Source: Mytilus californianus
Lineage: Eukaryota
Assembly: GCF_021869535.1 (NCBI RefSeq)
Contig: NW_026262712.1
Location: forward strand, 23,498,001-23,562,000
Direction of reading: 5' to 3'
Length of the DNA: 64,000 bases
Of the stretch, positions 37,729 through 51,043 are shown piece by piece (position 1 is the first letter of the stretch; every line of letters begins with the position of its first letter). The translations under genes were made by a program, and so were the position numbers. The notes under the pieces are model-generated. The model had not been told where the DNA came from, did not search any database, and was given only the letters and a program-made list of their open reading frames with translations.

Positions 37729-39609
37729 ACATCATTTTTTTATTCAATTTATATTTCATGATAAAAGTTTTCTGTTGATTTCTATCATTAATTTCGATCA
37801 CTACCAAATTTTTATAAGAGTGTAATATGAGTGTAATAAGAATTAAAGTAGATGTTCGAAATAACTTGTTTGTTATAGGTGAGCAACGGAAAATTATTAT
37901 GAATCCTTTGAGTTAAATTGTAAAACATTAATAATCCAACATTTTACCAACAATTTGCTAACAAATATTATGAAAAAAATCTGTCTACCGATATTTAGTG
38001 CTTTCAGGTGCTCGACGAATACTGTGCATGGTAAAAGTTCTAACAACACGTGAATAAATCAGTATATTGTAACTCTTGCTGTATATTTACCGATCACACC
38101 AAGATTGGAGTAAAAGAAAGATCATTGGATATCTTTGTGAAAGATGATTACTGACAGATTTATATATCGTAGCAATAACTCCTTCTTTTACTCGTTTTTG
38201 ACACCATAAACATTTGATTTGCTGTCGGATTCAAATTGTCATGGGTAACACTACATGTGCCACAAGTGGAATAGGAAATGCTGATCCTTCCGTCCATTTT
38301 TGTTTACAGTTCTTGTTGTATTGCGTTGTTGTCTGTGGTGACGTTTTGGATTTCAATAAACGTTATTGAAATCCAAATATATATGTAGTACTGGTTAATT
38401 ATTGATTAAAGGATTCCGTTACCACAAATTACTTAAACCTTAAGTTTACTAAATTCTTTCTTGATACAAGGATTTGGTTTGGACGTTTGGCTATACCTGT
38501 AGAAAACTTATTACAAACGGGATAGAACATCCAATTTTTACGGTGATGTTGTTTACCGAGCCCGAAAATTTAGATACGATCCGGGTAAACTTATTGATCC
38601 TATAAATAATCTTATTCTGAACGGTTATGAGTTCAGTTCTGTGAGTGTCATTATATCTTTGAGTTGTTTTTATCGGTATAAATATTGATTTTGTTATCAC
38701 TTAATTTACACCCAGTTAAATAGTATTGCTATACACATATGTACATTCATGGTCCTACATTTTGTCGATGTCTATATAGTAATGAATATTCATTACTTTT
38801 TTATTTTGGGGTGCTATTTTTGGATAGCTCGGTGTTGTTGGCAGATCTTCGAAAGTCTGTGTTAAATAAACACATAGTGTTCAGACTCCGGCAACTTAAG
38901 AGCTTAACATTTTAACTAGCTGTATAAATATACACCTGTCTATTGTTGTAGATTGAATGTTATTCTACAGATATCTTTGGTAATTTGTGTCGTAATCACG
39001 CCTTGTTACCTTCATCATTTCAACCAAATGTTCGACTTTTTCTTCGTTTCTCTGCTCAACATTTTATTGAAATACGAAAGATTTTTTAGCATGATTAGGT
39101 TGCTCTTTCATTGAAGTATATCCTCAAAACTCCTTTATCATGAACCCCAAGGGTGACAGGAAATAAAAATATGGTCAGCTCTTAGTCTTCTTCCGACCGT
39201 TAGTTGCAAACTCATTGCAAAAGTGGTAGGTCCGTTTATTGTGCGAGATGCATAAATTCGCAGCCACATTCGTCAATCACCCTTCATTGTGTTGATTATA
39301 GATGATGTATATCAAAAGTCAAGTCTCGTGACTGCCTTTTTAAAAAAAACTAGTTAAAGGAAAAGTTCACCAACTGAAGTATTATATAAATCTATCATTC
39401 ATAATATACGGTCTGTAACATCGACCTGTATTAGAGTTTTGTAAATATCGATTCATCGTTATTAATAAATTAAATGTCGGATCAAAATTACTGTACGTTA
39501 ATTGTTACTGTTGATCAATACCAGACCCATTTCGAAATGTAGTCACATGCAATTTAAATGTGTGTCAATAAAATAAAATCCACAGAATAATATATACCTG
39601 CTGCACAAC

Positions 39610-42600
39610 ATGGACAACTATCCAGGTATGTAAATCTACAAGCTATATATGCAATAAAGATTATATATATAGTATATGAATATAATGTTTTAAAAGTTGT
39701 AAACTTGGTTTATTAAATATAATATACTTATTATCAACTTCCTTGTTCAAAACAAACAAATTTACACTGAAAAAATGTTGTAAATTTGTCCTAGGACTAT
39801 CAAAAACATGTAATATATCAGCCAACCAAAACAGAAGTAGGTAGATTGGCTATGACTTCATCTGTTAAACCACAATTCATGTTATATTTTGTTGATTTCA
39901 TACCATGATGTTAACCCTCTGTTAAAACTATGAATTAAATATTAAGTCCCTGCATAATGGTGGTTTTTATTGTGGTTTTGCTCTAAAGAGACGGGATTAG
40001 CTGCTGCAGATTTTGAAACTTAAGATAAACTATATAGTAAAATTAAATATTCCTTAAAGATGAAATTTAAACAGATAACACATGACGTCTATACTAAAAA
40101 GGTATTAAATATTTTTTCCCTATTACAGACAAATAAAATCATTTCTTCAGAGCAAAATAAAATCTGAGTTAAAAATAGTGGACTACTTATCAAAACTATC
40201 AATTATATTATTTAAACCAGATTGTTAATCTCTAAATTTCGGGTAAGTGAAGTTAAAAATGGAAGATATAGAAATATTCCCAGAGACCAAAGGTTCTGTA
40301 AATATTGTAATAAACTAGAGAATGCATACCACTTTTTTCTCGATTGTTAACTGAACTCAACTTAAAGAGATCAGTTATTTTTAAAAAACCAATAATATAA
40401 AACCCGGTTATACAAATTATCAACTACGTTTCAAGCTAAAACAACTTTTAAATCCTAAATATAACGTTTGTAAGCAGTTTGTGACTTTATAGTTGCGAAA
40501 ATAAGGTCCATATCAAGTTACATTATCAGGACTATTTTTTTGTTAATGTTTATTCTTGTAATTCTAGACTGTCGTGTTAATACTGAACTGTCTTAGATGC
40601 ATGGTTTAATTTTTAGTTGTTATCGGCTTTGAACTAGCTTACAGTAACTGCGAGTACTCTCAGATCTGTACTTTGTGTCTTTTGTGGTTTTGTTACGTTT
40701 TCTGTGCTTTGTATATAGATCCGATGAGTGTAGCCCTTATCAACTGATTTTTGTAGTTTGTTCTCATTTTGTACTGTTACACCACTGTCCCAGGTTAGGG
40801 GCGGGTTTCACGCCAGCAAACATGTTAAACCCCGCCACATTCTGTATGTGCCTGTCCCAAGTCAGGAGCCTATAATTCAGTGGTTGTCGTTTGTTGCTGT
40901 ATATCATATTGTTTTTTAGTTTATTGTTTTGTACATAAAACCGTTGGTTTTCTCGTTTGAATTGTTTTATATTTCTTGGCCCTTTATAGCTAACTATGCG
41001 GTATGGGTTTTGCTCATTGTTGAAGGCTGTACGGTGACCTATAGTTGTTATCTTCTATGTCATTTGGTCTCTGGTGGAGAGTTGTCTCAGTGGCAATCAT
41101 ACCACATCTTCTTTTTTTATATATATTTTGTGGGTTATTTTCTTGACCAATATGGATGTAATTTTCAAATAAAGTTATTTTATACTATTACATAATCAAC
41201 TAGGTTAATGGCAAGTAAATTTGCCATGTAAATCTCACATAATATTTAAAATACATACATCTAAAAGTTGTTTACCTCTTGTATCAAGTTTTTTTTATCA
41301 CAACTATACCTTAATTCTCGTACATTTTCTGAATCATAATTTTTATATATAGGAATATGCACAACTATCATATATTCATCATTTTGTTAAAAAATCTGGC
41401 TTTGAACATGACCGGGCTTTCAAATCGCCACACAATACAATTCCGCTTTCATTCTTGTCATTCTTATATTTGTTAGTAGTATCTACTTTCTAATAAATAT
41501 CCACTAAATCGTTTGAATATCTTGAGTTGCTTGGTGTTATATATGCAAAAAGGAGAAAGATATCATTCGTCATGCAAGTCGAAAAATTGTTTTAGCCATT
41601 GGAAATCTTTACTCGCATTTTTCTAAAAAAATTACTCCTTGGCGAAAATGATTTTTGATCAGGATAACCAAGCCCTCCATAAAATCTAAAATAAGACGAT
41701 TTTGATCTACATACTGAAAAATATTGATGGTGTCATCTCCAAGATGGGTTTCAGTTAACATACCAATGTCATTATTTCCCATTTGTCTTATAAACTATTT
41801 GTCATGAATGTTGTTATATGGGTTGGATATCACTCCTCCGACAATCACATTCCAAATACTTAATATTAATAATCAACATCTCTTCCTTCAGAAAAGTCTG
41901 GCTATCCGCCACCACCTGCCTATAGTCAGGTTTACTCTCAGCCGGGTCAAGGATTCTCACAACCAGGTCAAGGATTCTCACAACCAGGTCAAGGGTTTTC
42001 ACACCCGGGTCAAGGTTTTTCACAATCTGCAGTGTACAATCAACCAAATATTATACCCTCAAGAAATGTTGTCGTGAGTATGAAACTTAAATGAATAAAC
42101 ATTTACTTATCTACCTTTAAAGTTAGACTAGGAATTTTCTGATTTGCCCACAAAGAGCCCCGTTATTTTTAACTTGTATGCCTCTACGTAAAGGCGATAT
42201 TGTAAAAATGGGAGAAGATACCGAGGGGCAATAAAAAATCAGTATTCCAATAAAAACAAACAACACCTTGGCAAAGAAACGAAGTAAATACAATGATAAC
42301 ATGACACTACACAGATAACTAAGATGAAGCAACACGAACCCCATCAAAAACCGGCGAAACTCAGATTCTCGTGATGGGTAAGCAATTCTTGCTTTATTAG
42401 TGGCACCCGTCTTATTACTTGGTGCGTTATATCCTTTTAAATTATTTATACTTTCTGAAAATTAATCAGAATCCTCACTTTCTCAGCGTGAAAAAAACTA
42501 CATTACCGACTGTTCAACCTACAAATATCAAAACCCACACAAATCAAAACAGACTCGTGAACAAAAAGAACACATGGCCCAGACGGTCCGACTAAGTACA

Positions 42601-45394
42601 GGGACAACATGGGGTCAAACCATACATTTTAAGTCTATGCTCTTTTAGAATTGTGAAGTAATATCGTAATCGATAAACAATGACAGATTCTCAATTTGTA
42701 ATGAAAGGAGACAAATCATGTTTTTGTATTGATTTGTATTTTTAAGGTACCGAACGGACAACATACACAAGGGAACATACCCAAAGACTGGACCGTGCCT
42801 GCAGTTTTTGCAACCTTCTGTTGTGCTTGGCCATTGGGGATAATGGCGATCTTAAGCGCAAGTAACGTGAGTCTTAAACTTATATAGTAATGAGAGTCTA
42901 TTTATATTTTTATATGTTGCAGTTAATAGAAGTTTAAATATGATTTTGTCTATATAAAACTGTTATTCGAAAAATAGAAAATTGCAGGATATGGTATGGA
43001 CATACCTTACACAAAACCATACTGTCTAACATGAAGGTGGTATTTGTATAATCACTATAATGCATGTATTTCTTTTCCAATAAGATGGATGGGAGTGTTT
43101 GTGGTAAATATTATATGCATATATCGATGTGAGCCAAGGCTCCGTGTTGAAGACCGTACTTTGACCTATAATGGTTTACTTTTATAAATTTGGACTTGGA
43201 TGGAGAGTTGTCTCATTGGCACTCATACCACGTCTTCTTATATCTATATTTCAAAATAAAAATATGTTAATGTTCAATAAATATGAACCTTTGTTCAAGA
43301 CCTAAAAGTTGAAACGGATATTTAGCGTACAAGCTCACAAGGTCACAGTCCACAGGAAGACACGTCACCGTACCCAGGCACATTAATCTGCCTCCTAGTC
43401 GACCTCCACGTCACAAGGTCACAGTCCACATGAAGACACGTCAACTTACCCAGACACATTATTCTGCCTCCTAGTCGACCTCCACGTCACAAGGTCACAG
43501 TCCACAGGAAGACACGTCACCTTACCCAGACACATTAATCTGCCTCCTAGTCGACCTCCACGTCACAAGGTCACAGTCCACAGGAAGACACGTCAACTTA
43601 CCCAGACACATTATTCTGCCTCCTAGTCGACCTCCACGTCACAAGGTCACAGTCCACAGGAAGACACGTCACCTTACCCAGACACATTATTCTGCCTCCT
43701 AGTCGACCTCCACGTCACAAGGTCACAGTCTACAGGAAGACACGTCACCTTACCCAGACACATTATTCTGCCTCCTAGTCGACCTCCACGTCACAAGGTC
43801 ACAGTCTACAGGAAGACACGTCACCTTACCCAGACACATTATTCTGCCTCCTAGTCGACCACACTCTTTGCTCTTTCTCTAAACGACAGAGAGTCGCTGT
43901 TTGATGAAATGTTAGTTCATTACCTTAAGATAAATAGATTATCTGTACATTGTAGGCAAATATAAAATTTATTTTGTACAAGCTTTAGAAACGGAGAGAA
44001 AAGCGAAGCTCGCCTAGCTTTTCTAATTTTTCGTAGCGTGTAAAAATACATTTTATATTTTTTCCTGCAATGTACAAATAAAAGTCCGAATTATACACCA
44101 ATAAATTCCCTTAAAATGGCGTTTAATCCTATAATAACCGTTAACAGTTCGTAATCTTCAATATAAATGAAGCTGTAACTGTATACCAGAAGAAGAAGAA
44201 GAACTCACAACAGACGAAGAATACCAGAAGACAATAAACGTTTATATCGCTTCATGATATAGATCTGTCAACCTGTATGTTATATTAGAAAGGTCGATTG
44301 CAGGATAATATACAATTAAACTTGAAAATTGAAAAAGCAATTGTAGTGCTGACCAAAGATGAACTTTTAGAATAGAATAAAATAATTACATTACACGTTT
44401 GTTTCATTAGAATCCGTAATTTTGATTGGCTGTCAACAATCGCCAGGCACTCTATTACCGTATTTTATTTCCGATTAGAATACAACAGTTACGACTGCCC
44501 GCGCTATCCGTGATAATGGTAAAACAATGCATAGAAAAACAAACGAAAAGCTTGATATAAATTTTAAGTTAGTGGTTTTAGCATTAAAATGTAATTTTAA
44601 TAATTGAATGCTTCTTTTTGTAATTTTATAGTGTTGTAAAAGCGTTGATCGTGCGCACATGCTACGAAAGCGCTTCATACAAAATGTGCTTCGGTCAACG
44701 TCTTTACACCCCTATAAATTATAAAAAGGATTCAATTCTTAAATGAAAGCGATGTAATTGGGGACAAATTTGGAACCAACCATAGTGACAGTTTCAGAGC
44801 AAAACGGTGAATGGTTTAGCACTCAAAAGTCTGTTTCTGTATTGCTGAAGTTCCTCCTAATTAAAATGATGACTCTAATAAGTTGTTTGCACTATTAGTT
44901 TCGGAGCCGGTACGGTGAAATGTTGACCACTTAACGAGCCTTAATTGTGTGTAATAGTCTTTACTCTTCGTATCGCTGAAATTTCTTTCAATAATGGCAA
45001 CATGTTGAATATTGCACCCGTCTACTTCTCATTAGCCTCAGACATTAAGCCTATACATATAAAACATTTTGTTTGAAACATCGAATAATTTACATGAACT
45101 CTGTCTGTATGAAGTATGCAAACTAAAATAAAAGGTAACAAGAAAAAGTTTTGAATCTGGGATAGCAACGCAAAAAAATATTACATATAAGATCATTCTT
45201 AGGTTTGATTCATCAATTAAGAATTATTATTTATTTTTTTACAGGCAAAACAAGCAGTCCAACGTGGAGATATGGAATTAGCACATTTGAAGGCAAAGAA
45301 TGCCAGAAACCTAGTAATAGTTGCAGTAATTGTGGGACTTCTTGGTTGGGCTTTTTTAGTGGCATATATATTAATTCGGATTTACGTATTTTAG
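39610..45394 (+). CDS. CD225/dispanin (IFITM/PRRT-like) protein, paralog 2, 155 aa. Exons 39610-39625, 41892-42073, 42747-42866, 45245-45394
   Basis: ATG GAC AAC TAT CCA G|gtatgt; ccttcag|AA AAG (EKSGYPPPPAYSQV...PGQGFSQ repeats...RNVV)|gtgagt; tttaag|VPNGQHTQGNIPKDWTVPAVFATFCCAWPLGIMAILSASN|gtgagt; tttacag|AKQAVQRGDMELAHLKAKNARNLVIVAVIVGLLGWAFLVAYILIRIYVF*. Intron phases identical to paralog 1. Confidence 0.9.
40560..41115 (+). repeat. Dispersed repeat family copy; related pieces at 1585-1865, 2980-3215, 18800-18920, 45780-45865 (inverted) and 62550-62850 (inverted)
   Basis: gtgcctgtcccaagtcaggagcct...cagtggttgtcg...ggagagttgtctca...accacatct. Confidence 0.75.
43336..43860. repeat. 76-bp GC-richer tandem repeat, 7 copies, in intron 3 of dispanin paralog 2
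   Basis: Unit cacaaggtcacagtccacaggaagacacgtcaccttacccagacacattattctgcctcctagtcgacctccacgt; starts at 43336, 43412, and so on. Confidence 0.95.
44600..44740. repeat. Imperfect foldback element; a second foldback at about 43945-44080
   Basis: aattgaat...tttttgtaattttatag...gtaaaagcgttgatcg vs cggtcaacgtctttacacccctataaattataaaaaggattcaatt. Confidence 0.55.
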
Positions 45395-47614
45395 TTGGAG
45401 AGTTGATTATTCCAATTGAAAGGCCAGACAGTTTACATAAAAACGGATGAATTAAAATCACATGTTTCAATTAGTAGAATATGTATAATGTTTGTATATT
45501 ATTTAAGAAATGATCTGAAATAGTTCTGGAAAACCTGATATTATTGTAATACAATTAAATTATTTTTTACTCATTCCAGATTTATTTTCTGTCTATTATA
45601 TTTATTTTACGTTTTCTTATATAAATTATTATGCATTGTTATAAATTTATGAGGATTTAATTACTCAATTTGGATCTGCATGAACGGACATACTGGGTAT
45701 ACGTGAAAGCTACAGTAACCCATAGAAACACAAAAACAAAAACAAACGTCTAGCGGTCAACATATAGTCTACAACAATATACAGTCGTCTGTACAATATG
45801 GCCAGCAAGATATACTGAAAAGACAACCACTGACGAGGTTCCTGACTTGGGACAGGCGTATGAACATGAACTCTTTTTAAAAGATATCAACCACTTCCTC
45901 ATTTTATAACAGTATAATAGTTGACAAAACACCAGTTCAAACAAAAATAACCTGCTGTTATGGAATTGTGCCGTCGTATTTACTCTTAATATGGCTGTGC
46001 TTCAGAGTACATTTCATCCAGGACGGTCGTAAACAGTACAATAAGACACGATCCAATGACTTACACAGAACATGCAGAGGGAACATCTTAGTCTAACTTA
46101 AAAATAAAAATTAACGAATTGGTGTCATCCCAAAAAATACCAAACGCAATGATTGGAAAACAATAATATAGTTTAACCTCGTCAGTTATATATATAGTCA
46201 ATAAGCCAGATATATGGAAAGATTAAAGGGCATTGACTCGTTATTTTTATGAATATTATTACTGCAAAATTTGGGTGTAAACTACTACTTTTTATTACTT
46301 TACTACAGATTGAATAATACTTCAACAATAACCATCTATATTTGTGATAAGTTGAAATTGTCGTTTTCAACATTTGCCCGTGTCTAATACATAGTAAGTA
46401 CATTTAAGCACCCCAAGTGTTCAAATTAGTGGATTCATTTATGCCACGGTGGTTGCCCTGGAGACAATATATCATATAGTATTGGGCAGAACAAAGTAGT
46501 AACGTAATTAGCATTACTTATAAAAGGACTTCAACATTGAGCTGCAGTGATATCACAATTACAGCCATCAGTGTAGAACAACCAAAGTTAAGTGAGAAAT
46601 AGAATAAGTTGTTTGTTTAATTGAATTGATTCAACTTTCTTTATATGACAGATCAAGATGTACATATGGTCCATATATCATTCTTTGACTTTAAGAAATC
46701 AATATACATTCTTCTCACCATCTGGTTAAAATACAGATCATCTGTCCAAGCCTTGTAAGCAAAGCATTGACACAGGATCAGACTGTTCCTCGCATAAATG
46801 CACTGCACGTACAAGTTTCGTCGATTTTTTTTATCCGCATTCTTGCTATATTTAGTACTAAGCGACGTTTGCTTAATATATAATTCTGTTGTCTGTTCCC
46901 GCATTATTTGGGATATGGATTTCGTTTAACGTTTCGCTGAAAAGCTCGATAGAGCTTGTGAGCAATACCATATTGTTGTCGTCTTGAATATGAATAAAGT
47001 TTTTGGCATACGACGTTAAGCAAACAAAAATGAATCATATATATAATTTAGCCTAACAATGTTAGATCTACATGCAACCATCAACCCAAAAAGAAGCCGA
47101 GAAAGAAATGCTTTAATCGACTATATAGTCTATAAGGTGGAGTGGTCTAGGATGATGAAAATAATGCAGGTGCGGAGTAGGAAAGGAGTTTCCAAATCCA
47201 GCTAAGGGAAGCAATCTAATTAAAATATAGATCTCTAATTTCGTTATACTCATAAAGTGTCCGAGCACGCGAGTTAAGATAGATTTAATGATGAAAAAAA
47301 TATTGTCGTAATTAACAGGCACAGAAACTTGGGAGGTAAATTATCTTAATAATACTTGACTCGAAATTTTGATGAATCAACGAAATTGGTAACAATTTTT
47401 TTATTCTTTCTAAAAATCAGTAACTCGTGTAGGAAATTGTACATAATGTCTTACACTCATGGTAGAATATTCTACATGCAATAAAAGACATGAAAAGAAC
47501 TTTTATGTTTTTCTTGTGACAAAATAACACTTCATGTGTATCGGAATAAGTTATTACCACGTAACAAAAATCGAGCGGTTAAGAATGTTTACAACTCTAT
47601 AATCTTTTAGAATT

Positions 47615-49318
47615 TCACGTTGTTGATATTTTAATGACATGGAGTTTCGCATTCTTTTTCCCCAAACCCCCACTACATCCTAATAAAACAAATCCGCGAT
47701 GGTCGATGGCAAGGCACTTTGGTGTGTGTTTGATATCCAATTTTCTCAAACTCTGAGTTGCTAAACATCGGCCGGAAGTATTAAGAATGTGTAACGTGAG
47801 GCTTGCAGCATCACATAAAATAACTCGATTCGTTTCTGTGACTACTAAGTCAGTAGGAGTAAAGGTTCCCTGGTCAGAAGATACTGAACCTTTATAAATG
47901 CATTTAACTGCGTCACTATCGTCTCCACTCAAAATAATCAGTCTTCCATTACGATACTTGCGTTTGTCTATCACGTAAATATTCCTCGACTTGTCTGAAG
48001 TAACTTTGAATGGTGTGGAATCGTCCTCGAACAGTGGTTTCTTGTTGTTGTCTACACTGTACTTTTTTATGTGTTTTCCGTACAAGTTCATCACAATAAT
48101 CTGTGTATCTCCTGTGTACAAATAATCTTCGGTGGCACCAACAATAATTTCGCCTTCGCTAGTGATATGAAGAGCAGCGGTTGTTTTCAATGGCGCCACG
48201 CTGTACTTAGATTTTTCTAATTTTTTGTCAGCAGAAAGTCTGCAGAGAATAGACTCTTCAGTAGATAATAAAAGATCTCCGGACGGCAGAAATGCCATAC
48301 TTTTAAAGTTAACAACGAATTCGTGTATTTTCTCTAGTGTTCCATTGAAAAGTTTCACATGGTGGAGTTCACCTTCGAAAATGTCTGTTTTTTCTGCATT
48401 CATAAGTATAGAACCGTCAGAACAGTTTTCAATATTACCAATGGACGGAAATTTCGATTCATAACTTTCCAATACACTGAACGAGATACTGGCAGGAATG
48501 TCTTGTTCTTCAACATTTTTAACAATTCCATAAAGCGATTCTATACCGCACTGGGTTACTTTTCCTGGATTGAATTCCGGTAAAGAATCAAACTTCGTCT
48601 GAAAGTCTATCCTTATATCAAAACTCAGTTCTGTTCGCGCAGCTTCAAACACGGCGCTTTTATTTTTAGAATTGACGATATTTGTGAGACTGTTATTTCT
48701 TTCTTCCAATTCTATTCCGTATTTATTTATCTTTTTCTCTTCTTCTTCAATTTCACTTTTTATTGCCTCCCATTTCATACTAAGTTCGAGTAACAGCTTT
48801 TCTGTGTGTGCGTCTATGGTATCTTTTAAAGTCTTTCCTTGTCTTTGAATATTCTGAATTTCCGATTCAAGTTTTAAATAACCACTTTGCTTTATTGACC
48901 CTAATGTATTTTGGTGTCTAAACATGTCGACAATAATCTCTTGATATTTAGAACTTCGAGCTTTTAATTTGTAAAGAGAAAATGTGCAACCGGAATCTAA
49001 ATCAATTATTGGATGGTCCTTATGGGGTTGCGAAATGCACATTGTGCAGACGACATCTTCGCATTGCTTGCAAAAACCACAGCCGCGCTGTCGGTGGGTT
49101 TCACAGTTAACAATACTATCATACCTCTGCTCGGTTGAACCAGTTACCTCGATATCCACAATTTTGTGCTGATTATACAAGTCCAATTCGTTCACTTGAT
49201 GCAGAATACAACAATTCATACACATAAACAAATTACATGTTAAGCATCTACCCTTGATAGGATTTTGTTCCGGACATCCCTGACACGAAATAGCAAATTC
49301 TTGAAACGATCCAGACAT
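47615..49318 (-). CDS. RING-less TRIM-like protein: B-box1 + B-box2 + coiled coil + NHL-like beta-propeller, 567 aa, single coding exon
   Basis: CQGC..CLTC.LFMCMNC..LH (B-box1), CETH...FCKQCEDVVCTMC...H..H (B-box2), a heptad-rich region, and C-terminal repeats such as GDLLLS, GEIIVG, NIYVID, NRVILCD, GFVLLG. Confidence 0.9.
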   Translation of the reverse strand: MSGSFQEFAISCQGCPEQNPIKGRCLTCNLFMCMNCCILHQVNELDLYNQHKIVDIEVTGSTEQRYDSIVNCETHRQRGCGFCKQCEDVVCTMCISQPHKDHPIIDLDSGCTFSLYKLKARSSKYQEIIVDMFRHQNTLGSIKQSGYLKLESEIQNIQRQGKTLKDTIDAHTEKLLLELSMKWEAIKSEIEEEEKKINKYGIELEERNNSLTNIVNSKNKSAVFEAARTELSFDIRIDFQTKFDSLPEFNPGKVTQCGIESLYGIVKNVEEQDIPASISFSVLESYESKFPSIGNIENCSDGSILMNAEKTDIFEGELHHVKLFNGTLEKIHEFVVNFKSMAFLPSGDLLLSTEESILCRLSADKKLEKSKYSVAPLKTTAALHITSEGEIIVGATEDYLYTGDTQIIVMNLYGKHIKKYSVDNNKKPLFEDDSTPFKVTSDKSRNIYVIDKRKYRNGRLIILSGDDSDAVKCIYKGSVSSDQGTFTPTDLVVTETNRVILCDAASLTLHILNTSGRCLATQSLRKLDIKHTPKCLAIDHRGFVLLGCSGGLGKKNAKLHVIKISTT

Positions 49319-49764
49319 TTTAACAGCGAGAATTAATGTTCAAAGACTTATAATTCCAGAAATATTCAGCAATAGAAATAATTCTCCTCCATTTTATTTG
49401 CAATCGTTAACGCTTGTTAACATGACCTGTTTTCTGTTAAATCAACTTTTGGAAAATCTGGTTGACGGGAAATGTATATATTATACATTTACCTGTGTCC
49501 TATTTATGATCTTATAAATATAGATTACATCATAACTTTAATATTTTTAAATGCCTAATTATTGTGTATTGTATATTTGAAACACGAAAAATTAACCCGT
49601 ACCTTGCATGGATGCCTTGGTTATGAACTATATTCCGACAGAAAACAAACAAATCAAGCGAAGGAGAAAGAGTCTTGTTTTGTACTAAGAAATGCAAATA
49701 TTCATTTACTTTCGATTTCTGCTCATTGATATTCACATATTTTCATGCTTCTATATATATAAAG

Positions 49765-49900
49765 GACGAGTTGTCTAGGGCGCTTGACACAGTGCAGGCG
49801 ATGTGGCCACGATGTCACAGAAGAAAGGGTTCGAATCCCGTTGAGGGAAGAACGCAAATTTGCAGATCTAACATTGTTGGGCTAAATTTGAGACGATTTG
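49765..49900 (+). mobile_element. Degenerate tRNA-derived SINE
   Basis: B-box ggttcgaatccc at 49828-49839; A-box-like gagttgtctagg upstream; no cloverleaf. Confidence 0.5.
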
Positions 49901-51043
49901 AATATTTATATAATATGCATGTACAATGTATATCAATTTTCACTGGAATTTCGCACCCCATACAATGAACACTGATTACTAATACTGTCATAGGTCCTTT
50001 GGGACCATATAAAACTACAAAATGCCGGGATTCGCGAATTATATTTATATGTATATTTTTTTAAATCGAAATAACTAGGCACATGCACTTTAATATCTTA
50101 ACATTCCTACTCATTAATATTGTTGCAATGACGTCGTAAGGTTCCCGTGGAGAGGACGTGTATGCAAGTCAAGGATGTTTCGTTTTATTTGAAACCGCAG
50201 GTCACTTCAGTACACCAACGGATGATCTTCAGACCCTCACAGGAGAATCCGTTGAACTATAGCATATAGTCACTTGCTTGAGTTTTTCATGATTGGTCAC
50301 TGACACCATAGGCAATTAACACCCAATTTATCCCGTTGAATTATTTTCTATTTTCAATTGATTTCATTTTTAGCTTATTTAACTATATCTAATACATAAC
50401 TAACACAAGCTTACGATGTGCCGCACCCTCTACTCGTTTTTTTCTTATTTAGAGGGGCGGTACCGTACCGTTGGCGGTACACACATAAACCGCTTTCAAT
50501 GTGTCTTTTTTTTCTTCGAAATATTGGATTTTTTTTAGTTTGTATCATATCCTGGAAGAATATATTCCATGCCCTTACGGGTGTCTCAAATACTAATCAA
50601 TATAATTATTATTCCGAGTATTATTCCTATGAACTTTATCAGAAATGATTTTGCGATTCGTTTCATCACGAACATTTGATAAAATACTCGAGCACCGCCA
50701 GCAGAACCGGTCTGCCAATAGACACAAAACACCAAATGTTACACTAATATCGAAACAGATACAGAAATGGAGATCTCCCGTCCAGACCCTCATGAATGAG
50801 GGACGTAATGGGGTCCCTTCATGACGAATAACGGTAAACAATCTTGCCAAATGACGTTAACGGTAAGTTTTGGTGCATGACGATAAAATGTACACTTTCT
50901 TTTAGACGATAAAAAAAAAATCGACTAAATTTGACGAATCACGTTGATTTTTTTCCACAAATAACGGTATAAACGATAATTATTTGACGCCTGACGGTAA
51001 AGGGGCATTCCTACCCTCATGAATGATTCTTTGTCTTGAGGTC

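Noticed and set aside
46653-46904. 83-aa ORF, with a SWIM-like CTC pattern in another frame
   Set aside because: Similarity is too weak and interrupted by stops; cannot be supported without a search.
48225-49172. Short ORFs overlapping the TRIM gene
   Set aside because: Alternative-frame or antisense shadows of the 567-aa CDS.
49765-49900. tRNA gene
   Set aside because: Only a B-box survives and there is no cloverleaf; better explained as a SINE head.
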